The notes below the pieces were generated by a model. The model searched no databases. It saw only the letters and a list, made by a program, of their open reading frames with translations, and was not told the origin of the DNA. A stretch of DNA of 64,000 nucleotides from an uncultured Chloroflexia bacterium (GTDB lineage Bacteria > Chloroflexota > Chloroflexia > QHBQ01 > JADMIH01). A program made the translations under genes and the position numbers. The DNA lies in contig CAWCNY010000003.1 of assembly GCA_963797095.1 (NCBI GenBank), positions 800,001 to 864,000 on the forward strand, in the 5' to 3' direction. Below are positions 50,046 to 59,869 of the stretch, piece after piece (within the stretch, counting starts at the first letter, position 1; each line of letters opens with the position of its first letter).

Positions 50046-53000
50046 ATGAAGATGCTCACCAAAACGGCATCGGCCGGGCGCGCTTTTAGATATGTGCGCA
50101 CAATCGCAATAACATCGACGGTTCTTTCAACAACCTTGCTCAGGATGGCGGGGATGGTAGATACAGGTCCCGGCCTGGCTTTTGCCGGATCGTTCGCCAG
50201 CACAGCGTTCGAGACGGTGTGGCAGAGGGCCGACAAGCCGGTGGCCGAGGGCCTTGCTGTGCGGAGTTGGCTCTGGGGCGAGCAGCCGGGAAAGGCCAGC
50301 TACGAGCCATACGCGCAGGGCACGCAGGGAGAGAGGATGGTCCAGTACTTCGACAAGAGCCGCATGGAGGTCAACCACCCGGATGGCAACACCCTCGATC
50401 CCTACTATGTGACCAACGGCTTACTGGTGGTGGAGATGATGGGCGGTGAGATACAGGTCGGTGATGCCCAGTTCGAGCCTGCCTCGCCCGCCGATGTACC
50501 GGTAGCAGGCGACCTCAATGACCCCGGCCAGACGGCACCCACATATGCGGCGATGGCAAACGTCGCCAGCCTGCACGGCGAGAACCGGGCAGATAAGCTC
50601 TCGCCCGGCACCCCAATCGTTGCAACCATCGACAGCACGGGCCACGCAAACCCGACTGGAGGGCCTACAGGACTGGCGCGGGCAGCCGAATACACCCCCG
50701 ACACCGGCCACAACATCCCCAATGTCTTCTGGAACTTCCTGAACAGCCAGGGGGCTGTATACGAGGGCGGCAAACAGGTAGAGGCAAAGCTGATGGATTG
50801 GGTCTACGTCATGGGCTACCCCATCACCGAGCCTTACTGGACGCACATCCGCGTCGGTGGGGCCGACCGGCTGGTGCTCGTGCAGGCGTTCCAGAGGCGC
50901 GTGCTCACCTACTCACCCAACAACCCGGACGGGTGGAAGGTGGAGATGGGCAACGTAGGCATGCACTACTACGCCTGGCGCTACGAGCAGGACACCACCG
51001 GCTTCGTCTTCGTCAACGGCGGATACATCGAGCCGCCGTATAGCGTGGAGAGGCAGGGAGCCGGCATCTTGATCAACGGCAGCATAGTGCAGTCCGCCAG
51101 TGTGAGCAGCGAAGCGCACGCTCCCGATCCGCCGCCCGCGCAGCCCAAAGACGCTTCGGACCTGGTGAGCATAGCGAGCTACAGGCTCTGGCAGCTACAC
51201 ATCGGCCTCGCCAAAGACCTCACCCCCCAAATACGTGCCGGGATCGTCAGCCTCATCAAGAGCTATCCTGTAGCGGCAGACGTCAGCGACGATGAAAGCG
51301 GGTTCCTCGTTACCGACAGCGCCGGCAGCCAGGCCGTGCTCATGGTCCCAACGGAGCCTGCTCCCGGCTCTGAGCAGGTAAACAAAGGATTGGCAGAGAT
51401 GGTTGGGGACTGGCGCGAAGTATTGCGATCCGGCGGAGCCCTGCTGGTATCGAGCGGCGTGAACATGGAAGTGCCCGCCGAGCATACAGAAGGCTTCCTT
51501 GGAGCGCTGGTTGCCGCTTACAATCTGGGTGAGGCCGACCGGCGCGCTAAACTCAACGATCTGATAGGTGCGCCTCCCATCGTGGCCGATCTGATGAGGG
51601 CGGGTGCGCCCCCGGCTAGCTTGCGCGCCAGGCTTCCACAGCCCCGACCTGAGGCGACGCCCATCCCCGCAGGGCTGTCCGCAAACAAGGGTGGAAGCGG
51701 TCTCTTCTCTCCACCTGCCCAGGGCGCGAACGCTCTTTCGGACACACCGAAGGCCGACAAAGCCTACATCTTCATGACCCTGGGCGGGTACGAGGAGCGG
51801 GAGCCTGTGCAAAAAGCAGCCAGGGACCAGGGATACCAGGTGATTTTCTATCCTAGCATTCGCTACCCTATGGGAAGCACCACGATCGATAACTTCCTGG
51901 CTACATCGGGCCAGGCAGCCATCCTGTATGTGGCAGCACATGGCAACGCGAGCGCACTGGCAATTGAGCAATATGCAACAAAAGCCCAGCGCGACGCTGC
52001 CTGGAAAGGATACCATGACCGCGGTATAGAAACATTGCGTGGAGAAGAACCATCCTCGGACGGGTTGGGCACTGATTACACCCTGAGCATCGGCGGCAAC
52101 CTGATTGAAGCCCGATGGCGAGACGCGAACACCATCGTTCAGATTTCCGCCTGTGATAGCGCGGGTCTCGCAAGCAACTTCAAAGCGCGAGAGTTCATCG
52201 GATACCCGGCGGCACTCTACGAGGACCAACTGGCGAAAGACAATTCGGAGTTTTGGGGCAGATTGGATGGCACACGCGACAACGGCCAAAAGCGTAACGT
52301 AGGTGATGCTTTCAACGGGTCTCTCCTTCAAAAGACAGGCTTCGTGCCCTACAGCCGGGCAAATGGCCGCACGGTGCTCTCGCCCAGCGTGGTGAGCTAT
52401 TCCCCCGCCAACGGCGCTCAGCTTCCGGTCGGCACCGAGGCGCGAGTAACCATCACCTTCGATACTCCAATGGACCCCCGTTGGCACCCACTGATAGTTT
52501 CCGGCTGCGGCATAAGTTACCTCACCTTCGCCAACTGGACAGACAACCACACCTACAGCTACGGCTTCATCCCGCAGGCAGCCGGACAGACCAGGCTCGG
52601 CGCGGTGGCGCACTTTGCCAGGTCGCTATCCAGCCAGAACTACTTTGCTACGAGCAGGTTCGGGGACCTGGATGGCAACACGAAACCTGTGGGAACCGAT
52701 CACGTCGGGGCCAACGGTGACAACTTCGAGTGGTCCGTAGGCTGCGTAGGGAGCACTATCCCTTCCACCTCCACACCACAGCCCACAGTCGCGCCCCCCT
52801 CTACAGCCACTCCTCAGCCCACGGTTACCCCTCCCTCTACGGCCACCTCCCAACCTACGTCCACTACACAGGCCACGGCCACCCCTGAAGCCACCTCCAC
52901 ACCAAGTGCCACCGCCAGTGCCACCGCGACCGCTACAGCTTCGCCTACCGCATCCCCGACCCCTTCCCCATCTCCCTCGCCCACCGCCACCTCCACCGCA

Positions 53001-53411
53001 ACCCCTATCCCGGCCACGGCCACCCCGCAGCCCACGGTAACAAGCCAGCCCTCAGCTACCTCTACGCCTGTGGGTTTCTTCAGAAGTATCTACCTCGACA
53101 TCTCCATCACCAACCCTATACTGCAAGTCACTTACTACCAGGTGCACTTCGCCGACCCCAACCTGGAGGAGCAGCGTGAGCTATACCAGTACTCCTGGGA
53201 GCTTATCTTCCCTCCCGAGGACCCATGCTCCAACGGGCACATCGACGTGAGCGAGTTGCCATGGCAGGCCCTCTGGCGCCACCCCTACTGCCAGCACAGC
53301 CCCGGCGAGCAGGTCAGAGTGACCGTTACTCGCAACGATCAGTCGGTGCAGATCACAGGCCCCGCTCTCGGCCCCGCGCAAGCCACACCCACGCCCCTAC
53401 CCACACCTTGA
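50046..53411 (+). CDS. Large secreted multidomain protein (Chloroflexota-type N-domain, possible clan CD peptidase, Ig-like domain, PT linker)
   Basis: WQRADKPV..RSWLWG..VQYFDKSRME..GYPITEPYW..VEMGNVG domain; YVAAHG/ISAC dyad; VVSYSPANGA..ITFDTPMD Ig-like domain. GGGAGG RBS. Confidence 0.75.
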   Translation: MKMLTKTASAGRAFRYVRTIAITSTVLSTTLLRMAGMVDTGPGLAFAGSFASTAFETVWQRADKPVAEGLAVRSWLWGEQPGKASYEPYAQGTQGERMVQYFDKSRMEVNHPDGNTLDPYYVTNGLLVVEMMGGEIQVGDAQFEPASPADVPVAGDLNDPGQTAPTYAAMANVASLHGENRADKLSPGTPIVATIDSTGHANPTGGPTGLARAAEYTPDTGHNIPNVFWNFLNSQGAVYEGGKQVEAKLMDWVYVMGYPITEPYWTHIRVGGADRLVLVQAFQRRVLTYSPNNPDGWKVEMGNVGMHYYAWRYEQDTTGFVFVNGGYIEPPYSVERQGAGILINGSIVQSASVSSEAHAPDPPPAQPKDASDLVSIASYRLWQLHIGLAKDLTPQIRAGIVSLIKSYPVAADVSDDESGFLVTDSAGSQAVLMVPTEPAPGSEQVNKGLAEMVGDWREVLRSGGALLVSSGVNMEVPAEHTEGFLGALVAAYNLGEADRRAKLNDLIGAPPIVADLMRAGAPPASLRARLPQPRPEATPIPAGLSANKGGSGLFSPPAQGANALSDTPKADKAYIFMTLGGYEEREPVQKAARDQGYQVIFYPSIRYPMGSTTIDNFLATSGQAAILYVAAHGNASALAIEQYATKAQRDAAWKGYHDRGIETLRGEEPSSDGLGTDYTLSIGGNLIEARWRDANTIVQISACDSAGLASNFKAREFIGYPAALYEDQLAKDNSEFWGRLDGTRDNGQKRNVGDAFNGSLLQKTGFVPYSRANGRTVLSPSVVSYSPANGAQLPVGTEARVTITFDTPMDPRWHPLIVSGCGISYLTFANWTDNHTYSYGFIPQAAGQTRLGAVAHFARSLSSQNYFATSRFGDLDGNTKPVGTDHVGANGDNFEWSVGCVGSTIPSTSTPQPTVAPPSTATPQPTVTPPSTATSQPTSTTQATATPEATSTPSATASATATATASPTASPTPSPSPSPTATSTATPIPATATPQPTVTSQPSATSTPVGFFRSIYLDISITNPILQVTYYQVHFADPNLEEQRELYQYSWELIFPPEDPCSNGHIDVSELPWQALWRHPYCQHSPGEQVRVTVTRNDQSVQITGPALGPAQATPTPLPTP

Positions 53412-53427
53412 ACCCTGACCCACACGG

Positions 53428-53477
53428 ATAGAGCGACCGGAGACAGCCATTTTGTTCGCTGTCTCCGGTCGCTCTAT
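53428..53477. terminator. 20-bp hairpin between convergent genes
   Basis: ATAGAGCGACCGGAGACAGC, 10-nt loop, GCTGTCTCCGGTCGCTCTAT. Confidence 0.8.
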
Positions 53478-53520
53478 AAAGTAGGAGTGGAGCGCGGGCG
53501 ACCTATGGCGGATAGGCCCG

Positions 53521-56037
53521 CTACTTCCCGACCGCTACCTCGCCCTGTGCGTTCGTCGTCAGATACAGCGAACCTTTGTCATCGCTCGTGAAACCACTGC
53601 CCGGTGCGACAGTGATCGTCTGGTTGCTGCCGGTCGCGACCACGCTCACCGAGTAAGCCGTATTTGGGGCCAGGTTCGCAAGCAGGTGCACAGTCGGCGC
53701 TGTCGGCACGACATAGCTGATCGTGCCGCTCACCGGCTGGCTCTCCGGCCCTGTTCCGAACAGCACTACATGGTTGGTGCCCGGCTCGCTCAACAGAACG
53801 CCTTGTACCTCGCCGCTAAGCACATTGCCGTCGGCTGCCGATATGCGCGTTGCGAGAGCTACCGTGCCGGGTGCATCGGCTGCGTCGAACACTGTGAGCC
53901 AGCGCTGATCGGTGGCCGGGGTACCGGGGCGCACTTCGAGGCGGTAAACCTTGTTGCTGTTGAAGACGTTCACCAGCGTGTTGGCGTGGTTATAGGGCAG
54001 CAAGGTAGTGACCGAGCCTGCGAACGTCGTACCCACATTCACGTCGAAACGATGCATCCCATTGGAGGGTGCGCCCACTTCCGCGGGCATGCCCGCAAAG
54101 TGGAACGCCATCCACTGGTCCGCGCCGGCATCCGACACTGCCGTGCGGTCGTAGAGCACGAAAAGGCGGGGGCGTAGGTAGATAACCTCGCGGGTCCATG
54201 CGCCAACGAGCGGGCTTGTGCCATCACCGGCCCGGCGGTACATGTCCTCAAGGTCGGTGCCGCGAATGTAGACATAGGGGCCGGCGTCTACGAGGAGGCC
54301 GATCCGGGTTTTCGTCTGATCGGGCTCGACGCCGGTCTGGCCGTAGCGATCGGCGCGAACGTAGAAGATATTAAAGAGGGTGCCGTTCCCCAGCGTCGGA
54401 TCCGTCTCGTTGCTGCCATAGAGGTCATCGTAGATCGGCTGTTCGAACGAGCTGCCTTCGTCGCCACCCGGTGTGTTGCGTAATAGGGCTCCGGTAGCAT
54501 TCGCCAGCAGCGGCTGGCCGCCACGTACAATAGCCAGGCTGCCCTGGTCGTAATATTGCTCGCCTGACCCTGGATAAGCTACGTAGGGACCTGAGGTGAA
54601 CGAACCCCAGACGGCATCGGTCTGCCAGCTTGAGCGCATTGCCACCGTTCCCATCCCCTGCGCCAGGTATGACAACGGCAGAGTCTTGAAATCCTGCTCT
54701 GGCGCGTCCTCGTCCCAGAAGAGGAAATCCTGCCACGGCATGCCCACCTCTCCCTGCAAATTGCGCACTTCTCGTGCGAAGCTGTGCACTATCGGCGCTG
54801 AGGGGTCGTTCCAGCTTGCAAGCACGCCTGCAAGCACGCTGTACAGGTAGCTGGGCGTTCGGGCCGGGTTATCCGATCCGTAGAGCGCGCCACGGTCGTC
54901 CAGCGATAGCCTGTTGGGCCAGCTGAAGTGGATCAGGTTCAAACCCACTTCCAGCGGGAAGTTGAATGGCGCTACCGAGTTGTGGACCAGATCGAGCCCT
55001 TTGGCGGTCCGCGCCGCGAGTGCCGGCCAGATCATGTTCTCCGTGGCAAGCGGCCCGTAGTTCCAACCTTCCGGCCAGCCGCCGCCGATCATGTGGTCTG
55101 CATAGTAAGGCTGGACCATCTGCAGGTGCATGCGCTGCAGCCAATCGTCCCATTGAGTTGGGGCCTGTGGATTATCACCCTCGGTGGCAAGCGCCGCCAG
55201 TGCCTTCGCTGCGTAATAACCGGCAAAGTAGTTGCCCATCGGGTAGTCGCGCTCAAAGCCGCCATCCTGCTGCGGGCCGTCGGGGCATATGCCGCCGTGC
55301 TCGAACCAGTCAATCCAGAGATTAAGAGCGGTGTACACCTTCGCACGCAGGGCAGGTGTCAGAGCATCATACAGCCAATCGTAGCCAAGCGCCATGCCAA
55401 TCCCGTAGTTGCGGATACCATAGCCGTCGTCGCGCAAAGGGCAAGCCCAGTGTGGCGAGCCTGGCGGGTCGGACATCTTATCCAGGATATCGGCACCCTT
55501 TGCCCCGTAGGATGGCGCCGTATCGGCGGCTACTGTCTTGGTGGTCTGGTAGCACAGACCCAGGTTTAATAACGGATGGAGGTAACCGTCGCCCTGGTAG
55601 CCCGCGCCAATGCTGCCGTTATCCGGGTAATTATTGCCGTCCGGGTACTCAACGCTGCCACCGAGATAAAGGTCGCACTGCTCCTTCAGCGTCGCCCACT
55701 CTATGTTGCCAGCAGTTGCTTTCTGGCGCAAGCGCCTCAGGGTTGCCTCATCAAGCAATATCCTGGGCCGGGCCGCGCCTATCGCCGGAGAGCTCGTGAT
55801 CCCCGCCGTCGGTGAGGCGCTTATCGAGCTGGTGGCAGTCGGCTCCAGACCCGAGGTTGCTGATGGTTCCGCGACCGGCATACTGCCAGAAGTCGGCAGC
55901 GGGGCCGGGGTTGAGGTGGGAGAGGAGAGGTCGCAAGCCACGAGACCCATCAACAGCCCGGCCAGAGAGATCGCGGACAATAACATGCTGAACTTTGAGC
56001 TTGACCGGGCTATGTTGTTCACGATTTGTCTTATCAT
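53521..56037 (-). CDS. Lipoprotein with heparinase II/III / oligo-alginate-lyase-like fold
   Basis: Lipobox LVAC, S/T/P linker, RPRILL, ALGYDWLY, GGWPEGWNYG, MRSSW, DQGSL and FVLYDR. Start uncertain. Confidence 0.65.
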   Translation of the reverse strand: MIRQIVNNIARSSSKFSMLLSAISLAGLLMGLVACDLSSPTSTPAPLPTSGSMPVAEPSATSGLEPTATSSISASPTAGITSSPAIGAARPRILLDEATLRRLRQKATAGNIEWATLKEQCDLYLGGSVEYPDGNNYPDNGSIGAGYQGDGYLHPLLNLGLCYQTTKTVAADTAPSYGAKGADILDKMSDPPGSPHWACPLRDDGYGIRNYGIGMALGYDWLYDALTPALRAKVYTALNLWIDWFEHGGICPDGPQQDGGFERDYPMGNYFAGYYAAKALAALATEGDNPQAPTQWDDWLQRMHLQMVQPYYADHMIGGGWPEGWNYGPLATENMIWPALAARTAKGLDLVHNSVAPFNFPLEVGLNLIHFSWPNRLSLDDRGALYGSDNPARTPSYLYSVLAGVLASWNDPSAPIVHSFAREVRNLQGEVGMPWQDFLFWDEDAPEQDFKTLPLSYLAQGMGTVAMRSSWQTDAVWGSFTSGPYVAYPGSGEQYYDQGSLAIVRGGQPLLANATGALLRNTPGGDEGSSFEQPIYDDLYGSNETDPTLGNGTLFNIFYVRADRYGQTGVEPDQTKTRIGLLVDAGPYVYIRGTDLEDMYRRAGDGTSPLVGAWTREVIYLRPRLFVLYDRTAVSDAGADQWMAFHFAGMPAEVGAPSNGMHRFDVNVGTTFAGSVTTLLPYNHANTLVNVFNSNKVYRLEVRPGTPATDQRWLTVFDAADAPGTVALATRISAADGNVLSGEVQGVLLSEPGTNHVVLFGTGPESQPVSGTISYVVPTAPTVHLLANLAPNTAYSVSVVATGSNQTITVAPGSGFTSDDKGSLYLTTNAQGEVAVGK

Positions 56038-56337
56038 GGAACACACCATCTGCATGTTGACACATGCTATGTGCGACCAGCCATGTGAAAACGTACAATC
56101 TGAGTGCAGCTTTGACACGCTGCTATCAGGATCTATAGCTTGGAGCTTGGTAGAGATAATACCATATGCCTCCGGCTCTATAGATATGTTTCGTCGGTGC
56201 GCCCCAGATGGTCTGCTTTACCCCTACACCTGCCACGCAACTGTTCAGCGATGACTTCGCCCATGAACGATCGCTCACTGTCCCATGAGCGAGCTCAAAA
56301 GTACTCTTGAGCCATCCTGCCCTGTACATTTACCTCA

Positions 56338-56366
56338 TTGACAGATCGCCATCCCCATGCTAGGAT
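56338..56366 (+). promoter_or_regulatory. Sigma70-type promoter for the binding-protein/DUF6916 operon
   Basis: TTGACA, 17 bp, TAGGAT with extended TG. Confidence 0.65.
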
Positions 56367-56453
56367 TGTCACGAACGAGCACAAATCTGTGGCTCGCATC
56401 TATTATTTCTGCATTGAAGCAAGCGAAGAAGCAAGCGAAGACGGAGACAAAAC

Positions 56454-57761
56454 ATGGCCGGTAAGAACGATAACCCGGTAACGGGCAGATCGGATGACGC
56501 CATCTATAGCCGAAGGCAATTCCTTCTCAACGCCGCGAAACTGGCCGGGGCCGCCATAGCTTATCCTCTCCTGTCAAGCCCGGTAGCAGCTGCCGCCCAA
56601 ACCGCAAGCAAATCGTCGCCCACCACGTCCAGGCCGGTTGGCCCGCATACGGTCGGCCTCTTGATGCCGGCCTCAAGCTACTATGCGGCCCTATCAAGCA
56701 GCTTCATAGCCGGTATGTCCCTCTCGTTCAGGCAGTTGGGCATGCCTGGGGTTGAGGTGGTCTCAGAAGATATAGGCTCAGGCTCGCACGATGTGTGGCA
56801 CAAGGTCGAGTTGATGATCCAATCAGGGGGCGTTGACGTGCTGGTCGGCATGGTAAATCCGAGCGTGGCTGCGACAATTCGCCCGCTGCTCGAAGGGTCC
56901 AACAAGGCGTTCATCGCCTCCGGTTTGGGCGAAAACGTGCCTCGCACCGGCGAATACAGCCCCAATATCCTGTACCATACAATGGATATGTGGCAGGCCA
57001 ACTGGGCGCTCGGCAATTGGGCCGCGCGCAACCTGGGCACCACCGCCGTGTCCGGCTCCTCTTTCTACGATAGCGGCTATGACACCGAATACGCGTTCCG
57101 CTGCGGCTTCGAAAGCGGCGGAGGGCAAATAGTAGCCGGCCTTATAACGCACCGCCCAGGCGACACCGGCGGCGTCGCGCCCCTGATCTCCCTGGTCAGG
57201 GACACCCATCCCGATCTGGTCTTTGCGGGCTACTGCGGCAACCTTGCCGTCGATCTGCTGAAAGCCTATTCAGGCGTCGGTCTATCGAGGTCCGTACCCC
57301 TCATCGGCACCGCTTATCTCACCGACCGCCAGGTGCTCGCTTCGACCGGCAATGCGGCGGCAGGGATCAGGACCGCCTTTTCCTGGTCCCGCACCCTCGA
57401 CACCCCCGAAAACCAGGCGTTCGTGGCTGCATACGAGAGCGCAACCGGCAAGAGAGCCGATCCTTTCTCGGTGCTTGGCTACGAAGCCGCCCAGATAATC
57501 GCCGCCATCACGGCTGGAAGGTCGCCGGTGGGGGCGCTGAGCACGGCCCAATTCACCGGCCCTCGCGGCAGAATCACCACAGACGGCCAGACCCATAGCA
57601 CCGTCGGGCCGGTCTACTTGCAGGAAGCCCAGAGGCGCGCCAACCTGATGCAGAACATGGTGGTAGAGCAATTGAAAGCTGCCGCCGAACAGGATGAGCA
57701 GATTGCCGCTCTTCAGGCCGCCAACAAGACCGGCTGGCTGAACACCTACCTCTGCGATTGA
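56454..57761 (+). CDS. Tat-exported LivJ-like (type 1 periplasmic) solute-binding protein
   Basis: SRRQFL twin-arginine signal; VGLLMP.S, LDTPENQAFVAAY, GYEAA and FTGPRG motifs. No ABC permease or ATPase nearby. Confidence 0.85.
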   Translation: MAGKNDNPVTGRSDDAIYSRRQFLLNAAKLAGAAIAYPLLSSPVAAAAQTASKSSPTTSRPVGPHTVGLLMPASSYYAALSSSFIAGMSLSFRQLGMPGVEVVSEDIGSGSHDVWHKVELMIQSGGVDVLVGMVNPSVAATIRPLLEGSNKAFIASGLGENVPRTGEYSPNILYHTMDMWQANWALGNWAARNLGTTAVSGSSFYDSGYDTEYAFRCGFESGGGQIVAGLITHRPGDTGGVAPLISLVRDTHPDLVFAGYCGNLAVDLLKAYSGVGLSRSVPLIGTAYLTDRQVLASTGNAAAGIRTAFSWSRTLDTPENQAFVAAYESATGKRADPFSVLGYEAAQIIAAITAGRSPVGALSTAQFTGPRGRITTDGQTHSTVGPVYLQEAQRRANLMQNMVVEQLKAAAEQDEQIAALQAANKTGWLNTYLCD

Positions 57762-57802
57762 GCCCTGGTCCTTCCTCTCATCGATCTTTATTGGGAGCGC
57801 TC

Positions 57803-58126
57803 ATGCTGGGGAGCTTTACCTCACAAACATTCAGCCCGCATGTGGGCGACACCTTTACACTCGCAGTAGAGGGTATGCCTCCGGTAGAGCTGCAATTGAT
57901 CTCCGTAACCGAGGTTGGCGCCCTCTCGTCCGGCAGGCCCGTAAGGGAGGCCCAGGACTACAATGGACGTGTACCTTTCTCACTTCTCTTCCGGGGCCAA
58001 CTCGATCTCTACCTGCCTCAGCAAATATATCACTTCGAACACGACCGGCTAGGCGCGATGGATATCTTCATAGTGCCAATAGGCCCCGACGCCCAGGGGA
58101 TGCGGTTCGAAGCCATCTTCGCCTGA
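57803..58126 (+). CDS. DUF6916-like protein
   Basis: F..HVGDTF, LQLISV, PFSLLFRG, LPQQIY.FEH.RLG.MDIFIVPIG and C-terminal FEAIF. GGGAG RBS before ATG 57803. Confidence 0.8.
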   Translation: MLGSFTSQTFSPHVGDTFTLAVEGMPPVELQLISVTEVGALSSGRPVREAQDYNGRVPFSLLFRGQLDLYLPQQIYHFEHDRLGAMDIFIVPIGPDAQGMRFEAIFA

Positions 58127-58145
58127 GAGCAGACGAAACCCAACA

Positions 58146-58208
58146 AATAAGCAATAAGCAGCACGCAACAACCACTCGTCACTCGTCACTCGCTACTCGT
58201 CACTCGCC
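58146..58208. repeat. Heptamer arrays (AATAAGC)2 and (ACTCGNY)5
   Basis: The 58174-58208 array supplies the GNAT C-terminus RVTSSE*. Confidence 0.88.
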
Positions 58209-58662
58209 ACTCCATCAGATAATAAACCCCCACCTCTTCCACCGGCTTGAAGCCCAGGCGGTCGTATAGTCGCCTGGCCGGGTTGAAGCGTTCCACGTGG
58301 ATGCGCACCGGCTTGCCCGCCTCCCTCCCCTCCCCCAAAATGCGCGTTATGAGCCAGGTGCCTATGCCCCCATTGCGGTACTCCGGCAGCAGCGCGATAT
58401 CGACAATCCGTATCTCTTCCGGCCAGCGAGCTACATACAGGCGACCGGCGGCCCTGCCGTCTACCAGAATGATATCGCAGTTAGTGCCGGTGTAATGCTT
58501 CTGATAATAGTCGTGCTGGGCCGAAAACTGCTGTGCCAGGAACGCATCTTTCTGCGCGTCGTCCCAATCCACAAGTGCCAGTTCGGCCTCGCGCGTGCCC
58601 GCATACACTCGATAGAGAAAGGGCAGATCGTCAGATGTGATGGGGCGAAGCGTTATCTCCAT
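58186..58662 (-). CDS. GNAT family N-acetyltransferase
   Basis: LRP...D.PFL..VY..TRE.E, QF.AQH.YY, DIALLPEYRNGGIGT and NPARRLYDRLGF. Confidence 0.92.
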   Translation of the reverse strand: MEITLRPITSDDLPFLYRVYAGTREAELALVDWDDAQKDAFLAQQFSAQHDYYQKHYTGTNCDIILVDGRAAGRLYVARWPEEIRIVDIALLPEYRNGGIGTWLITRILGEGREAGKPVRIHVERFNPARRLYDRLGFKPVEEVGVYYLMEWRVTSSE

Positions 58663-58751
58663 ACATGGTTCAGGTGCACCCTGTAAGGGCGAGTCATGCC
58701 TCGCCTTTTCAGGGCGTCTATAGAAGTGCGAATAGGGACTTTAACTCGACC

Positions 58752-59279
58752 TCAGGGGCGCGGCGGGAATACGCCTTGCATCGCGATGCAGAAGTTGAGC
58801 GTCAAATAAGGCTGCATGTTATTGTGCGGGAAACTGCTCCCCACGAACGGCAACGCCTGGGGAGACATCTGCACCAGGTTCTGGGTGCTGTTCTGCTGGT
58901 AGGCATTCGCGTACCTGGCAAGCGCGTGGTCGGCAGGACCGGGGCTGTCGCCGAGAGTATTGTTGCCTCTCTGGGTATGCGTATGGTTCGGCATCTCGGA
59001 GGTCAGCAGAGTTACCGTCTCGGACCCTCCGATCTCGCCCAGATCATGTATTGTCAGGCCGGGGCCGGGTTGGTTGCCGCCGATGTGCATTGGAACCGAA
59101 CCCTGGAGATTCGGCAAGCCGAAGTTGGACTTGCCGTTGCCTCCATACGTTGTGCCGAGCAACGAGAATAACGCGGTGTTCTGGCTTATCGGCAGTAGCT
59201 GGCCGTTGCAAAATGCCCAACCTCTGGGGGCGAAGTTGAATGGAAATATGCGTATCTCTGCAACGAATGGATCGGCCAT
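58752..59279 (-). CDS. Phage tail collar domain protein (microcystin-dependent-protein-like), paralog 3
   Basis: MADPFVAEIRIFPFNFAPRGWAFCNGQLLPISQNTALFSLLGTTYGG...HNNMQPYLTLNFCIAMQGVFPPRP. Confidence 0.9.
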   Translation of the reverse strand: MADPFVAEIRIFPFNFAPRGWAFCNGQLLPISQNTALFSLLGTTYGGNGKSNFGLPNLQGSVPMHIGGNQPGPGLTIHDLGEIGGSETVTLLTSEMPNHTHTQRGNNTLGDSPGPADHALARYANAYQQNSTQNLVQMSPQALPFVGSSFPHNNMQPYLTLNFCIAMQGVFPPRP

Positions 59280-59289
59280 CAATTACCTC

Positions 59290-59811
59290 CTAAGACGGTG
59301 AGGGGTATACACCAAACAACGAGATGATAAAATTGAGGCCCAGGTACGGCTGGAAATTGCTGTGCGGCTGGCTGCCCCCTACCGGTGTGATGGCGGTGGC
59401 GGCCATATTTACCGTCGGCACATCCTCAAGATAGAGGTCTATACCCGCCGTGCGCGATTGGGCGAGTACGTTGCCCAGCGGGTCGGGGAGCGACCCCAAA
59501 TCCGCCGATGCGGTCAAAGGGTGAGTGTGGCTAGGTATCTGGTTGGTGGTGAGAGTTACCTCCTCAACCCCACCGTTCTGGCCGATTATGTAACTGTTAC
59601 CGCTGTCCGTGCCCATATGGATGGGCACGCGCCCTCGCAGATCGGGTAGCGCGAAAGTGCTCTGCCCATCGCCTCCGTATGTCGTGCCTATCAGGTTATA
59701 GAGGGTCTCGTATTCGGAGATTGGCAGCAGGCTACCGTCGCAAAACAACCATCCGGCGGGAGCAAAGTTGCCCGCGAATATCCGTATCTCACCGACAAAG
59801 GGCAATCCCAT
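59290..59811 (-). CDS. Phage tail collar domain protein, paralog 2
   Basis: PFVGEIRIFAGNFAPAGWLFCDG...IGTTYGGDG..FALPDLRGR...HSNFQPYL.LNFIISLFGVYPS. Confidence 0.9.
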   Translation of the reverse strand: MGLPFVGEIRIFAGNFAPAGWLFCDGSLLPISEYETLYNLIGTTYGGDGQSTFALPDLRGRVPIHMGTDSGNSYIIGQNGGVEEVTLTTNQIPSHTHPLTASADLGSLPDPLGNVLAQSRTAGIDLYLEDVPTVNMAATAITPVGGSQPHSNFQPYLGLNFIISLFGVYPSPS

Positions 59812-59869
59812 CGATAGCTCCTCTCCTCTCTATCTTTACTGTCAGAATAGTACTCACACGATCCATCGT

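Noticed and set aside
49628-50089. Cys-rich (QQC)n ORF and (HCW)n/(PTM)n alternative frames as a metallothionein or RiPP precursor
   Set aside because: Alternative readings of the 9-bp repeat; the NNA frame has the RBS and the hydrophobic leader.
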